Assembly: GCA_036496425.1 (NCBI GenBank)
Contig: DASXLG010000304.1
Location: forward strand, 7,919 to 71,918
Direction: 5' to 3'
DNA length: 64,000 bases
Source: Terriglobia bacterium
Lineage (GTDB): Bacteria > Acidobacteriota > Terriglobia > 20CM-2-55-15
Shown: positions 37,980 through 47,507 of the stretch, piece after piece
Layout of the letters: each line of letters begins with the position of its first letter
Position numbering within the stretch: the stretch's first letter is position 1
Position numbers and translations under genes: made by a program
The notes under the pieces: generated by a model
Database searches by the model: none
Told to the model about the DNA's origin: nothing
The model's input: the letters and a program-made list of their open reading frames with translations, nothing else

Positions 37980-38372
37980 TTACCGCATCGGCAACTTCTG
38001 TCCGCTGGCGAGAATCATGTGAGTCGTCTGCTCCGATCCGGCAGCGTTTGTTCCGTCCTTTGCCAGGGCAGCCGCTTCAACGGTGACTTTGTCGCCAATC
38101 TTCACCGTATCGCGCTTCCATCCGCCGCGAACCAGGGCGTACGGTGGACCCATTTCAATCTTGAAACTCTTGACGGCGCCACTCTCATCCTTGGAATCGA
38201 TGAAAACGAACGCGTGCGGATTCACCCAGTCGAGTTTCGTTACGGTTCCGGAGACCGTCATGGTCTTCTTCGAATCGTACTCCGCGTCGAACGAGTGATG
38301 CGCCGCCGCCGGCTTTACGCTCAAAAGCATCAAGCTGACTGCTGCAAGTGATCCAATCGCTTTAAGTTTCAT
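37980..38372 (-). CDS. Small secreted protein (domain A, OB-fold-like); paralog of the N-terminal third of 38382..39506
   Basis: Signal peptide; the mature protein starts AHHSFDAEYD. TVSGTVTKLDWVNPHAFVFID and KIGDKVTVEA match RGVVTRIDWVNPSAFFFID and HIGDQVMVEG of the fusion protein. Confidence 0.6.
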   Translation of the reverse strand: MKLKAIGSLAAVSLMLLSVKPAAAHHSFDAEYDSKKTMTVSGTVTKLDWVNPHAFVFIDSKDESGAVKSFKIEMGPPYALVRGGWKRDTVKIGDKVTVEAAALAKDGTNAAGSEQTTHMILASGQKLPMR

Positions 38373-38381
38373 AATCGTCCC

Positions 38382-39506
38382 TCAGCGGATGAATGTTGAC
38401 TCCGCGTTATCCTCACAGAAATATTCCTGAATATCCTGGTCCGGTATCCACTGCACCGTCCAGGCTGCTGTCCATGCTCTCGTGTATGCGCGCGGATCGT
38501 CGATCGTGACTTCATATTTTAATGTGTTCTGGCCCGTTCGCGTGAATCGTTCGGTCAGATGAAGCGCTTCCGTGCTCGGCAGGCCGTTGCCGGACAGCCA
38601 GAACTTCTCGTTGTATCCGATGGAATCCACAACCAGCGTGTCTTTTTCCCAGTGTCCGACAGAGTTACCGTAATAGCCCGGGACGACCTCCGCTGCCGTA
38701 CCCTGCGGCCGCCCGTCCGTGTAGATGACTCGCCAGTTGCGGTCTCCGCCTCCGAGCAGCACCAATATCCGGCCGAGTTCCTTCTGTTCTACGAGTTGAA
38801 AGCCGTTCGGCATCTGAAACTGCCGCGGGCCCCCCGCCGGAATGCACCGGGCCACGGGATCCTCTTTGAAGAATGTTCGCTGCCGGTGCTCGAAGAGCGC
38901 CTCGGCCCAAGGCTGAAACGGCGCGACTTTGCCGGCATCCGCGAGGTTCCCCAGAAGACCGTCATCGGACATCGGAATCTTTGCGCCGGTATTTTCCACG
39001 ATAACTTTCGCGCTTGCTGCTCCCCAATATCCCTTCTTGCCTGCCGGAGGACCCAACCGGATCTGGCCATCAGGCCAGCGGGGGACCGGCGCGGCAGCCG
39101 CCGTAGCCCCGCGCGTAGCGGGCACAGTGAAGAGTTTCTTTCCGGTCTTCGTCAGGACTACGGATTTCTCCGACGCCTGCCGGACTTCCCCCCGCGCCGG
39201 GACGCCTTCGACCATCACCTGATCGCCAATGTGCAGTGCGCCTGGCTTCCAGCCGTCTCTCTCCAGGTCCAGGGGGCTGCCGAACTCGATTGCCCAATTC
39301 GTGACGGTGCCGGAAGGATCGCGCACATCAATGAAGAAGAATGCGCTGGGATTGACCCAGTCGATTCGCGTGACTACCCCCCGAAGGGTGATTTGTCTGC
39401 CGGCTTCGTAGCTCATCGAGAACGACCGCTGCGCTGCTGCGGGCTGTGCCGCTGAAGAAATGCCGGCGATAACGAGTGCGAAAATGGTGCGTGTAATTGC
39501 GTTCAC
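38382..39506 (-). CDS. Secreted fusion protein: N-terminal domain A plus C-terminal domain B, i.e. the fused version of the downstream gene pair
   Basis: 374 aa; the two halves align to 37980..38372 and 37224..37964 respectively. Confidence 0.65.
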   Translation of the reverse strand: MNAITRTIFALVIAGISSAAQPAAAQRSFSMSYEAGRQITLRGVVTRIDWVNPSAFFFIDVRDPSGTVTNWAIEFGSPLDLERDGWKPGALHIGDQVMVEGVPARGEVRQASEKSVVLTKTGKKLFTVPATRGATAAAAPVPRWPDGQIRLGPPAGKKGYWGAASAKVIVENTGAKIPMSDDGLLGNLADAGKVAPFQPWAEALFEHRQRTFFKEDPVARCIPAGGPRQFQMPNGFQLVEQKELGRILVLLGGGDRNWRVIYTDGRPQGTAAEVVPGYYGNSVGHWEKDTLVVDSIGYNEKFWLSGNGLPSTEALHLTERFTRTGQNTLKYEVTIDDPRAYTRAWTAAWTVQWIPDQDIQEYFCEDNAESTFIR

Positions 39507-39507
39507 G

Positions 39508-39909
39508 TTAATCCCTGGTGAGCCGGAAGTCGCCTTTTGCCGTACCTTGCATCCACGAGCCGCTGAGCTTCCGATGATATGAACCGATATCGTCGAGCTT
39601 ACCCTCGGCTGTAATGTGAACGGTCTTGCCGGACGGATCTTTCGAGTCGGCTTCGATACGAACGCTCCAATTCGTCACATCCAGAAAAATGCTTGGAATC
39701 TGCACGGCGTTGTCGCCGGGATTCAGGACGCCGCTGACATTCTTTCCATCCCAGCTCATCACCAGAGTCAAATGCGTGCGCTGACTGACGCTCGGACCCC
39801 AGTCCCCGGACCATGTCCCGCTAAGCGGGTGTCCTTCCTGTGCAACAGCGGCAGCGGCAAGGCATAAACCAGCGAGAATGCAAAAGAAATAGAAGGTTCT
39901 TTTGAGCAT
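39508..39909 (-). CDS. Small secreted hypothetical protein (133 aa)
   Basis: Signal peptide MLKRTFYFFCILAGLCLAAAAVAQ; its stop is 1 nt from the next gene start (operon). Confidence 0.5.
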   Translation of the reverse strand: MLKRTFYFFCILAGLCLAAAAVAQEGHPLSGTWSGDWGPSVSQRTHLTLVMSWDGKNVSGVLNPGDNAVQIPSIFLDVTNWSVRIEADSKDPSGKTVHITAEGKLDDIGSYHRKLSGSWMQGTAKGDFRLTRD

Positions 39910-39973
39910 GAATCCCCCGACTTAATGTATGCGGAATATAGCTCTTCTGTCGGCCGGCGCGCAATGTCAGACG

Positions 39974-40906
39974 TTACAAATGGGCAATCAGCGGCGTCAG
40001 CGTCAGCGGGCTAAGCAGCGTAGAAACAAATACCGCGCTGGTGACAAACGAGGGCGCGATCTCAAACTCGAGCGCCAGAATGGTTGTCACGACGGCAACC
40101 GGCATCGAGGCCAGGATCACTCCGGCCTGACGTGCCGGGCCGGACAAACCCAGCAAGGCGGCCAGTCCAAGTGCGACCAAAGGCGCTGCAATGAGCGACA
40201 GCACCACCGCAACCCCCACGAGTGCCGGCCGCGCCGGCTTCGTCGCACGTTCGAGTTGCATCCCGAGCACGAGCACCATGGTGGGCAGAGCCGCGTCACT
40301 CAGCATTCCGATCGGACGCATGAAGGCCATCGGCACCGGGATTCCCATCCCGATGACGATGAAGGCCGCCACCACACCATAAATCGCAGGAATCTTCGTG
40401 ATGCCGATCACCGCCTGCCTGATGCTGCGGCGTCCGGCGGCGGCGAGGAATACTCCGACGGTGTAGGTCAGAATTGAGCTCGTTACAAAGTAGACCGTCG
40501 CATGTGTCAGCGCCTCGGCTCCAAACGCGAAGAGAACGACCGGCAGTCCGTAATTTCCGCCGTTCGAAAACATCACGACGAGCAGGAAGGCGCTCAGTTC
40601 CGACCGGTCGAGGCGGAAAGGAATCACAATGACGCGGGCCAGCACGCCCATCGCCGCTGTAACCAGCACTGCCATGAGCGCCATCCTTCCGACCTGCGGT
40701 CCAGTCATTTTCGACGTGACGAGCAGCCGGAAACCAAGGCAGGGCACCAGCGCATAAAATACCACGTGCGATAGTGTTCTTACGCTTGCCTGCAACTTTC
40801 GGGCAAGCAGGAAGCCGATGCCGGCGATCACGAAGATAGGAAGTATGTCTGCGGCGAAGATCGAGAGCAGCAGATTCACGAGATTTTCTTTTTCAATTGA
40901 CCGCAA
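39974..40906 (-). CDS. AEC-family (auxin efflux carrier-like) membrane transporter
   Basis: 310 aa, ~10 TM segments, AEC family-like repeats. Confidence 0.75.
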   Translation of the reverse strand: MRSIEKENLVNLLLSIFAADILPIFVIAGIGFLLARKLQASVRTLSHVVFYALVPCLGFRLLVTSKMTGPQVGRMALMAVLVTAAMGVLARVIVIPFRLDRSELSAFLLVVMFSNGGNYGLPVVLFAFGAEALTHATVYFVTSSILTYTVGVFLAAAGRRSIRQAVIGITKIPAIYGVVAAFIVIGMGIPVPMAFMRPIGMLSDAALPTMVLVLGMQLERATKPARPALVGVAVVLSLIAAPLVALGLAALLGLSGPARQAGVILASMPVAVVTTILALEFEIAPSFVTSAVFVSTLLSPLTLTPLIAHL

Positions 40907-41778
40907 GCGCTGGAAATATCGTTCCCTCGATTTTTGCGGATGAATGTGGCGATGCCATTCCGGAGGAGGACTTCCTGAAACGCCAGGACTGTCCTATCGT
41001 CCGGCCGTTCGAACGATATTTCATCAGCCGGGTTCAGTGGTATCAGATTCACTTTGACGGTCATCCCACGGACGAGCCGCGATAATTCTTCGGCGTCCGA
41101 AAGCGAATCGGTAATCCCCCGCATCATCACGCATTCGAACATCACGCGCTTTTGCCGCTGGGGCGGCAACTCCTGCACGGCGGCGATAACTTCCTCGATC
41201 GGATACTTTCGATTGATGGGCATCAGGTTGTCTCGAACGCTGTTGGTCGCGCCGGTTAGTGAGATTGAAAGATTGGGAAACAGCGGTTCCTTACTGAGGC
41301 GGCGGATCGCGGGAACCAGCCCGGCGGTCGAGACCGTAATTCGCGACATCGGTAATTTCAGTCCGCGCTCGTCGTGGAAGAAGCGAATGGCTTCGAGAAC
41401 ATTATCGTAATTGGACATGGGTTCGCCCATTCCCATAAAGACGATGCTGGCTCGCTCTTCGTCCGGTGGTGTGCCCTGAGCGCTTTGCCGCAGGAAGAGA
41501 GCCTGCTCGATGATTTCCTGTGCCGACAAATCTCGAGTGAAACCGAGCTGTCCGGTGAGGCAGAAGGTGCAGCCGAGGCCGCATCCCACTTGCGACGAAA
41601 TGCAATAGGTGGCGCGGTTCTCGCGCGGAATGCGGACGGCCTCCACGAATTCGCCATCCTCCAGCCGGAGCAGGAAACGGACGGTTCCATCTGCGGAAAC
41701 GAATCTATTGTGAATGGTAACCAAACTATTGGGGCCGTTCCTGGAACGAAGAGACCGGATCAACGTCCACCGGCACAT
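40876..41778 (-). CDS. rlmN: Radical SAM 23S rRNA/tRNA adenine C2-methyltransferase RlmN-like, lacking the usual N-terminal ~50-aa domain
   Basis: CISSQVGCGLGCTFCLTGQ radical SAM motif, GMGEPMSNYDNV, NLIPLNP. An in-frame stop 9 codons upstream of the ATG rules out an N-terminal extension. Confidence 0.75.
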   Translation of the reverse strand: MCRWTLIRSLRSRNGPNSLVTIHNRFVSADGTVRFLLRLEDGEFVEAVRIPRENRATYCISSQVGCGLGCTFCLTGQLGFTRDLSAQEIIEQALFLRQSAQGTPPDEERASIVFMGMGEPMSNYDNVLEAIRFFHDERGLKLPMSRITVSTAGLVPAIRRLSKEPLFPNLSISLTGATNSVRDNLMPINRKYPIEEVIAAVQELPPQRQKRVMFECVMMRGITDSLSDAEELSRLVRGMTVKVNLIPLNPADEISFERPDDRTVLAFQEVLLRNGIATFIRKNRGNDISSACGQLKKKIS

Positions 41779-43351
41779 CTTTCGTGGTTTCGAGGGCGGC
41801 TTTCAGGTCGCCCGGCATCACGTCGTACTTTTTGAACCAGTTTTCCGCGCGCGCACGGTCTCCTGTCGCTTCAATCGTCAGGAGTTCTTTCGAGAGCTGC
41901 TCGATTGCGGCGGGAATCCGTGTGTAATCGACACTGTAGCGGCCGTTCGCGCTGTCCCGCATGATTGCTTTTTCCTGCGACAGATAGTTGAACTCCATCA
42001 TTTCAGCGCGGCCGTGCGCTTCCGCGGTTCCGAATCGCAGCGTGCGGAAAATCCCGGCGACATAGGAGGCGTAATATTCTTCCAGGCGATCCTTCGGCAG
42101 AGCTCCCCGGTCGACCAGCCATTTCAATCCGAACATGCCGACGACGTCAGCTTTGGCTTCTTCGAGGCCGGAATATACCGGACCTATAGCTGCCCGGATA
42201 TCGACCTGCTTGCCGGATTGGCGGGCAAATGCCGGTCCTAACCCGTGCGAGATCTCATGCAACAGCACGGCAGCGAGATAGCCTTCACCCGTCGCTTTCG
42301 CCGCCTGGTCCTGCCGCATCAGCCGTTTTGCAATCGGCAACACGACGTAGTTCACGCGCGCGTCCATGAAGTTCTTGAAGAAGATTTTCTTCGATCCTTT
42401 CTGCTCGTGAATGCGTGGATCGTTTGGAAGGTTGTCCGCGACAGCCTGATAACCATGCCGCAGATCGCCGGCCCGGAAAGGGGCGTCCATCACTTCCATC
42501 GGCGTGGCTTTGCCCTTTTTTGAGGGCCGGTCTTCGGGCGCAAGGGGAAGTGCGTCCTGGATGTCCGGAACATACTGCTGATACACCGCAAGCTTCCTGC
42601 TCTCCTCCTCGTTGCGGACGAGTACTGCGGCGCCGTACGATGTCTTCACACCGAGCACATCATCCAGGTAGGTTTCGTATGGCGCAAAGATGACATCGAA
42701 CTTCGGGTCTTTCAGGTCCATCCAGAGGAGGTCGCTCTGATAGTAGTCGTCCTTCAAAAGGGCATCCGCACGCTGCCGTAGAAACTCGGCGAACTGTTTG
42801 TCATCGCTCAGCGCCGCGGCGTCCCGCAGCGCTTTCGTCATTGGCTGCAGGAGCGCTCGATACACTTCGTGATAAGGACGTCCCACCAGATCCGTTCCCT
42901 GGCGCTCAATGACGGTATGCTCGTCGTAAATCTCAGCCTTCTTGCCGGGGTGCGCTTTCACATATTGTTCGATCTGTTCCCGTGTCAACCCTTTCGGATA
43001 CAGGGCGCGCCCCGGCGGCATCGGCTCCGTGCCCGCAAACGGATGGTTGTCGTCGACCAGATCGAATCGGCCTCCGTTGATCATCAACAGCCGCCGGAGC
43101 TTCGGATCCTTTGTGGACTTGTAGAGCGCAAGCCCTTCGGGATCGCTTTGCCGCCAGTAGACGTCATCGAGATACTGCGACGCTTCTACCAGCTTCTGGA
43201 CCATCTGCTTTTCGCGGGCGCTCAGACCGGCGCTGTTGAACGGCATTTGCACCACCTGCCATCGCGCCAGCCGTTGATCGAGGTCGGCATCGTTTTGAAG
43301 GATTGCCAATGTTCCAACCGCAAGAGCCAGCAATAGAATGCGCATATGCAC
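41726..43351 (-). CDS. Secreted zinc metallopeptidase-like protein (HEISH motif; DPP III / M49-like family)
   Basis: 541 aa; signal peptide; HEISHGLGP plus a downstream EEAKAD typical of bacterial DPP3-like proteins. Confidence 0.65.
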   Translation of the reverse strand: MHMRILLLALAVGTLAILQNDADLDQRLARWQVVQMPFNSAGLSAREKQMVQKLVEASQYLDDVYWRQSDPEGLALYKSTKDPKLRRLLMINGGRFDLVDDNHPFAGTEPMPPGRALYPKGLTREQIEQYVKAHPGKKAEIYDEHTVIERQGTDLVGRPYHEVYRALLQPMTKALRDAAALSDDKQFAEFLRQRADALLKDDYYQSDLLWMDLKDPKFDVIFAPYETYLDDVLGVKTSYGAAVLVRNEEESRKLAVYQQYVPDIQDALPLAPEDRPSKKGKATPMEVMDAPFRAGDLRHGYQAVADNLPNDPRIHEQKGSKKIFFKNFMDARVNYVVLPIAKRLMRQDQAAKATGEGYLAAVLLHEISHGLGPAFARQSGKQVDIRAAIGPVYSGLEEAKADVVGMFGLKWLVDRGALPKDRLEEYYASYVAGIFRTLRFGTAEAHGRAEMMEFNYLSQEKAIMRDSANGRYSVDYTRIPAAIEQLSKELLTIEATGDRARAENWFKKYDVMPGDLKAALETTKDVPVDVDPVSSFQERPQ

Positions 43352-43380
43352 TCAGTTTAGCGTCAGTTCAGGCTGCGCGC

Positions 43381-43409
43381 TATCGCGCTTGCGCTTCGCG
43401 TTTTGTCTT
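43381..43409 (-). promoter_or_regulatory. Copy 2 of the 29-bp GC-rich motif GGCTGCGCGCTATCGCGCTTGCGCTTCGC, 29 nt upstream of the peptidase start
   Basis: 29/29 identical to 25738..25766. Confidence 0.5.
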
Positions 43410-43489
43410 GACGTTTAAGTTCCAGTCGATAATGATTCGCACAAAGATTCTGTAAAGATTGGCCGTAAACCTGACTCGGGGGAGATGAC

Positions 43490-46400
43490 ATGAGGAAATC
43501 GTTGATCGCAGCGATTGTGTTGTGTGGATTCTTGTCTCTGAATACATTTTCGCAATCCGAAAATGCGACAGTTGGGGGGACCGTCCAGGATCCCACTGGC
43601 GCCTTTATACCGGGCGTCAGTGTGACTGCCACGAACACGGCGACGGGCATCGTTTCAACTGTTATTACGAACGAGTCGGGCGCCTACCAGTTTGCGAGCC
43701 TTCAACCCGGAACGTATGAGATCAAGGCAGAGCTGCCGGGATTTCAGACGGCCGTCGCCAAGGGATTCCAGTTAGGGGGCGCGCAGCAGACGCGGTTGAA
43801 TTTCACCATGCAGGTTGGCGCGGCGGCCGGCACGACGGTGGATGTCAGCGTTGCAGCGGATACGCTGTTAGCGACATCTTCCAATTCTGTCGGCGCCGTC
43901 CTTCCGGAGTACAAAGTCCGCGACCTGCCGCTGGCCTCGCGTGACGTGTTCGGTCTGGTTGCCGATACCGCCGGCGTTCAGTCTCAGGGCGGGTTCATCA
44001 GTAATTTTGCCGGCGGCCGCATCAGCCAGGTGAACACGATGCGCGATGGCATCAACGTCTCGGCCGGCCGGTTTGAAGACGGCGCGTGGTCGCTGACATA
44101 TACGAGCCCCGATCTTGTCGAAGAAGTGAAAGTCGTCGTGGCTCCCGTTGATGCGCAAACATCGCGCGGTATCGGCCAGGTGAGCATGGTGACGCGTTCC
44201 GGAACCAATCAGATTCGTGGAAGCGTGTTCTGGGTGAATCACAACTCCGCGCTCGATGCCAGCAGCTGGTTCAACAACTTCAACGGCGTTGGGAAAGACT
44301 ACGACAATCGCAACCAGTATGGCGCCCGTCTTGGAGGGCCGATTGTCAGGAACAAAACATTCTTCTTTCTCTTGTTTGAAGGCCAGCGGGACCTCAAGCG
44401 CCAACAGGCCACAGGCAACACACTGACGGCGATGGCGCGCAACGGAATCTTTCAGTACTTCCCCGGCGTCGATAACGGCAATGCCACCAGCACGAACCCC
44501 GTGGTCGACCGGAACGGGAATCCCGTAACGCCTAAGGGCGCTCTCGGTCCTCTGTCGGCTGTCGACTTGTTCGGCAACTGCACCTTCAACGGTGCAGCCG
44601 TGGCCAACTGCAAGACATTCCGCGATCCGCTGCGTCCGGCCGTCAGCAGCAGCGCCTACATGCAGGAAACGCTGAAGCGCATGCCTTCGCCGAACCAGTT
44701 CACCGGCGGAGATGGTTTGAATACCGCTCAAATCAATTTCACGCGCCGCGTCCAAGGGTTCGATCTCACGAATGGAAATGGAAGCGATGTCGATCGCGAT
44801 CAGTACAACGCACGCATCGACCAGAACTTCAATTCGAAGAACAAGCTCAGCATTATCGCGACGAGAGAACATACCTGGGGCGGCTCCGCCCAATCCGGTC
44901 AGCGCTCCTGGCCGACGGGTTACGATGGTCTGGCTGTGAAGCGTCCGGATGTGTACATCATCACCTTCACGTCAACGCTGTCTTCCTCACTGTTGAACGA
45001 ATTGCGCCTTGGACGCCGGCGTTCAATCGACCTTCAATATGGGCCCGCCAACCGCCCCGATGCGGTTGGCGCCCAGGTGCTGCCGTTTGTACCCACGGCC
45101 AACGGCGTTCCCTTCCGGGCTCTTCCAGGCGAGTGGACCTCGGTTGCAACCTATGGCGGATTTGGAGTATGGCGTGGACATGTCAGCCCGCTGTACACCA
45201 TTGGCGATGATCTAAGCTGGACGCACGGCAAGCATGCCTTCAAGGGCGGCTACGAATTGCGCCATACGAAATCGAGCGGGTTCGGCGATCCCGCTTTTAC
45301 ACCGAATGTCACCTTTGGCCAGGGCAGCTTTCCAGTCAGCGGACTGGACGCCACGGCCTATGCGAACTTGTCCTCTAATGCCGCCACTGGCGCGCGTACG
45401 CTGCTTACGGACCTCTCAGGCTCGATTGCGTCGATCAACCAGTCTTTCGGAATTCTGAGCGCACAGAATACAACCCTGCAGGGTTCGCCGGCCATCCCGG
45501 TCAAGTTCTACCGGCAGTACCAGAATGAAATGAGCGCCTACTTCAAGGATGACTGGAAGTTCCGTCCCGATCTCACGTTGAACCTTGGCGTGCATTGGGA
45601 GTACTACGGCCAGCCTTATGAAGAGAATGGTCTCGATGCGCGCTTCATCGGCAACAATGAGAGCGCGTTGACGGGCGTGACGTGTACATCCAGCCCGGGA
45701 ACGCCAAATTTCACCAGCGTCTGCAGCAATTTGACGCAGGTTCAGTTTGTCGGCAAAAACTCGACGCATCCGGATGTCAATCCCAACGTGAAGGGGAACG
45801 ACCTTAAACAATTCGGGCCGGCCATCGGTTTCGCCTGGAACGTTCCGTGGTTCGACAAAGGCAAAACCGTCCTTCGCTCCGGATACGGCATCAGCTATAC
45901 GGGTGCGCTGCGTAACTTCATCACGGTGGACAGCACCCTCGGGACGGTCCCGGGCATCAATCTGGTGGGCTCCGCCAGCAACGGCATCACCTATACTCCG
46001 AACACGTACACTTCGCTTGCGAACATCACGCTGCCGGTTCCTCTCCCTTCGGGCACCGCGACCTCGGCGCCGTTCCTGGTTCCGACAACCGACCGGACAC
46101 TGTCGATCAGCTCGTATAACCGTACGCCGTCGTACACCCAAAACTGGAACCTGGAAATTCAGCGCGAGGTGGCTAAAAACACAACAGTTGAAATCCGATA
46201 TATCGGAACGAAGGGTTCGAAGCTCTGGGGCACGCTCAATCTCAATCAGATTGACGCGGTGCATCACAACCCGGATCTGTTCAATGCGTTCAATGCCGTG
46301 CGCGCGGGCGGCGAATCGACTTTGCTCAATCAGATGCTGAATGGAATCAACTTCGGCGGCAACGGTGTCGTCAATGGCACGACAATCACCGGCGCCAGCG

Positions 46401-47434
46401 CTGTACGCAGCAACACGACGACCCGGACGCAGATTGCCAATGGGAACGTCGGCGGATTTGTAAACACTCTGAACACCACGAACACCGGTGTGACGCTGCC
46501 TGCGGGCGTTACCGGCAACGGCTTTGTTCTCCGTAAGAATGGTTTCCCGGACAACTACATCGTCACCAATCCGCAGTATGCGAGTGTCTCGATGTTGGAT
46601 AACCTGAGCAACTCGACCTATCACTCGCTGCAAATGCAATTCACGCGGCGGCTCAGCCATGGCTTCACCAACACGACCACATGGACGTGGAGTAAGGCGT
46701 TGGGGGACGCCGACAGCGATGCCGGCGCAACCTACCGCGATCCCAGCAATCGTTCGATCGAAAAAGGGCTGCTTGGCTTCGACCACGCTCACCAGATCAC
46801 GAGCAACGGGACCTACGAACTGCCTTTCGGCACGGACCATTTTCTGCTCGGCAACGCGCCGGGCTGGGTTCAGAACGTCGTGAGCAAGTGGCAACTCGGT
46901 GGCATCGCGAACTACAACACCGGGGCGCCTCTGAGCATTTCGTCGGGCATCCAGGCCATCAGTACTACGGGAGACCAGCCGGACATCGTCGGCGCATTTC
47001 CCAAGAGTGTGGGCCAGGTCACAAAGCTGTCGAACGCTGTGACTTATTTCAATGGATACACGCAGGTGGCCGATCCATACGCAGCGAACGTCTCGACGCT
47101 CAATGGTCTGAGCACGGCATACAGCAACAAGGCCATCCAGGCTCCAAACGGCCAAATCGTGCTTGTGAATCCGCAGCCCGGAGAGGTTGGAACACTGGGT
47201 TTGACCACGATCAAAGGGCCCGGCAGCCTTAATTTCGACATGAATCTCGTGAAGCGGTTCAAGATCCGCGAGAATACGCAATTCGAATTCCGGTTGGACG
47301 CTATCAGCGTGTTGAACCATCCGAACTTCGGAGGCCCGTCCACGAGCATCAACGCCGCCGGAAATACGTTCGGCCGGATTACAAGCGCGTCAGGTTCCCG
47401 GAGCTTTATCGTGAACACACGTGTGAACTTCTAA
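43490..47434 (+). CDS. TonB-dependent outer-membrane receptor with an N-terminal carboxypeptidase-regulatory-like domain (1314 aa)
   Basis: Signal peptide; VGGTVQDPTGAFIPGVSVTATNTATG...ESGAYQF...PGTYEI is CarboxypepD_reg-like; plug and barrel regions; C-terminal aromatic residue (…TRVNF). Confidence 0.9.
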   Translation: MRKSLIAAIVLCGFLSLNTFSQSENATVGGTVQDPTGAFIPGVSVTATNTATGIVSTVITNESGAYQFASLQPGTYEIKAELPGFQTAVAKGFQLGGAQQTRLNFTMQVGAAAGTTVDVSVAADTLLATSSNSVGAVLPEYKVRDLPLASRDVFGLVADTAGVQSQGGFISNFAGGRISQVNTMRDGINVSAGRFEDGAWSLTYTSPDLVEEVKVVVAPVDAQTSRGIGQVSMVTRSGTNQIRGSVFWVNHNSALDASSWFNNFNGVGKDYDNRNQYGARLGGPIVRNKTFFFLLFEGQRDLKRQQATGNTLTAMARNGIFQYFPGVDNGNATSTNPVVDRNGNPVTPKGALGPLSAVDLFGNCTFNGAAVANCKTFRDPLRPAVSSSAYMQETLKRMPSPNQFTGGDGLNTAQINFTRRVQGFDLTNGNGSDVDRDQYNARIDQNFNSKNKLSIIATREHTWGGSAQSGQRSWPTGYDGLAVKRPDVYIITFTSTLSSSLLNELRLGRRRSIDLQYGPANRPDAVGAQVLPFVPTANGVPFRALPGEWTSVATYGGFGVWRGHVSPLYTIGDDLSWTHGKHAFKGGYELRHTKSSGFGDPAFTPNVTFGQGSFPVSGLDATAYANLSSNAATGARTLLTDLSGSIASINQSFGILSAQNTTLQGSPAIPVKFYRQYQNEMSAYFKDDWKFRPDLTLNLGVHWEYYGQPYEENGLDARFIGNNESALTGVTCTSSPGTPNFTSVCSNLTQVQFVGKNSTHPDVNPNVKGNDLKQFGPAIGFAWNVPWFDKGKTVLRSGYGISYTGALRNFITVDSTLGTVPGINLVGSASNGITYTPNTYTSLANITLPVPLPSGTATSAPFLVPTTDRTLSISSYNRTPSYTQNWNLEIQREVAKNTTVEIRYIGTKGSKLWGTLNLNQIDAVHHNPDLFNAFNAVRAGGESTLLNQMLNGINFGGNGVVNGTTITGASAVRSNTTTRTQIANGNVGGFVNTLNTTNTGVTLPAGVTGNGFVLRKNGFPDNYIVTNPQYASVSMLDNLSNSTYHSLQMQFTRRLSHGFTNTTTWTWSKALGDADSDAGATYRDPSNRSIEKGLLGFDHAHQITSNGTYELPFGTDHFLLGNAPGWVQNVVSKWQLGGIANYNTGAPLSISSGIQAISTTGDQPDIVGAFPKSVGQVTKLSNAVTYFNGYTQVADPYAANVSTLNGLSTAYSNKAIQAPNGQIVLVNPQPGEVGTLGLTTIKGPGSLNFDMNLVKRFKIRENTQFEFRLDAISVLNHPNFGGPSTSINAAGNTFGRITSASGSRSFIVNTRVNF

Positions 47435-47441
47435 CAAGGCT

Positions 47442-47470
47442 GTAGCCGGGGGCTTTATGCCCGCGGCTAC
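47442..47470. terminator. Bidirectional GC hairpin between the convergent TonB-receptor and MutS-like genes
   Basis: GTAGCCGGGGGC-TTTAT-GCCCGCGGCTAC. Confidence 0.45.
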
Positions 47471-47507
47471 GAGCCGTGTTTAAATGACATCAGCGGTTGC
47501 AGACAGA

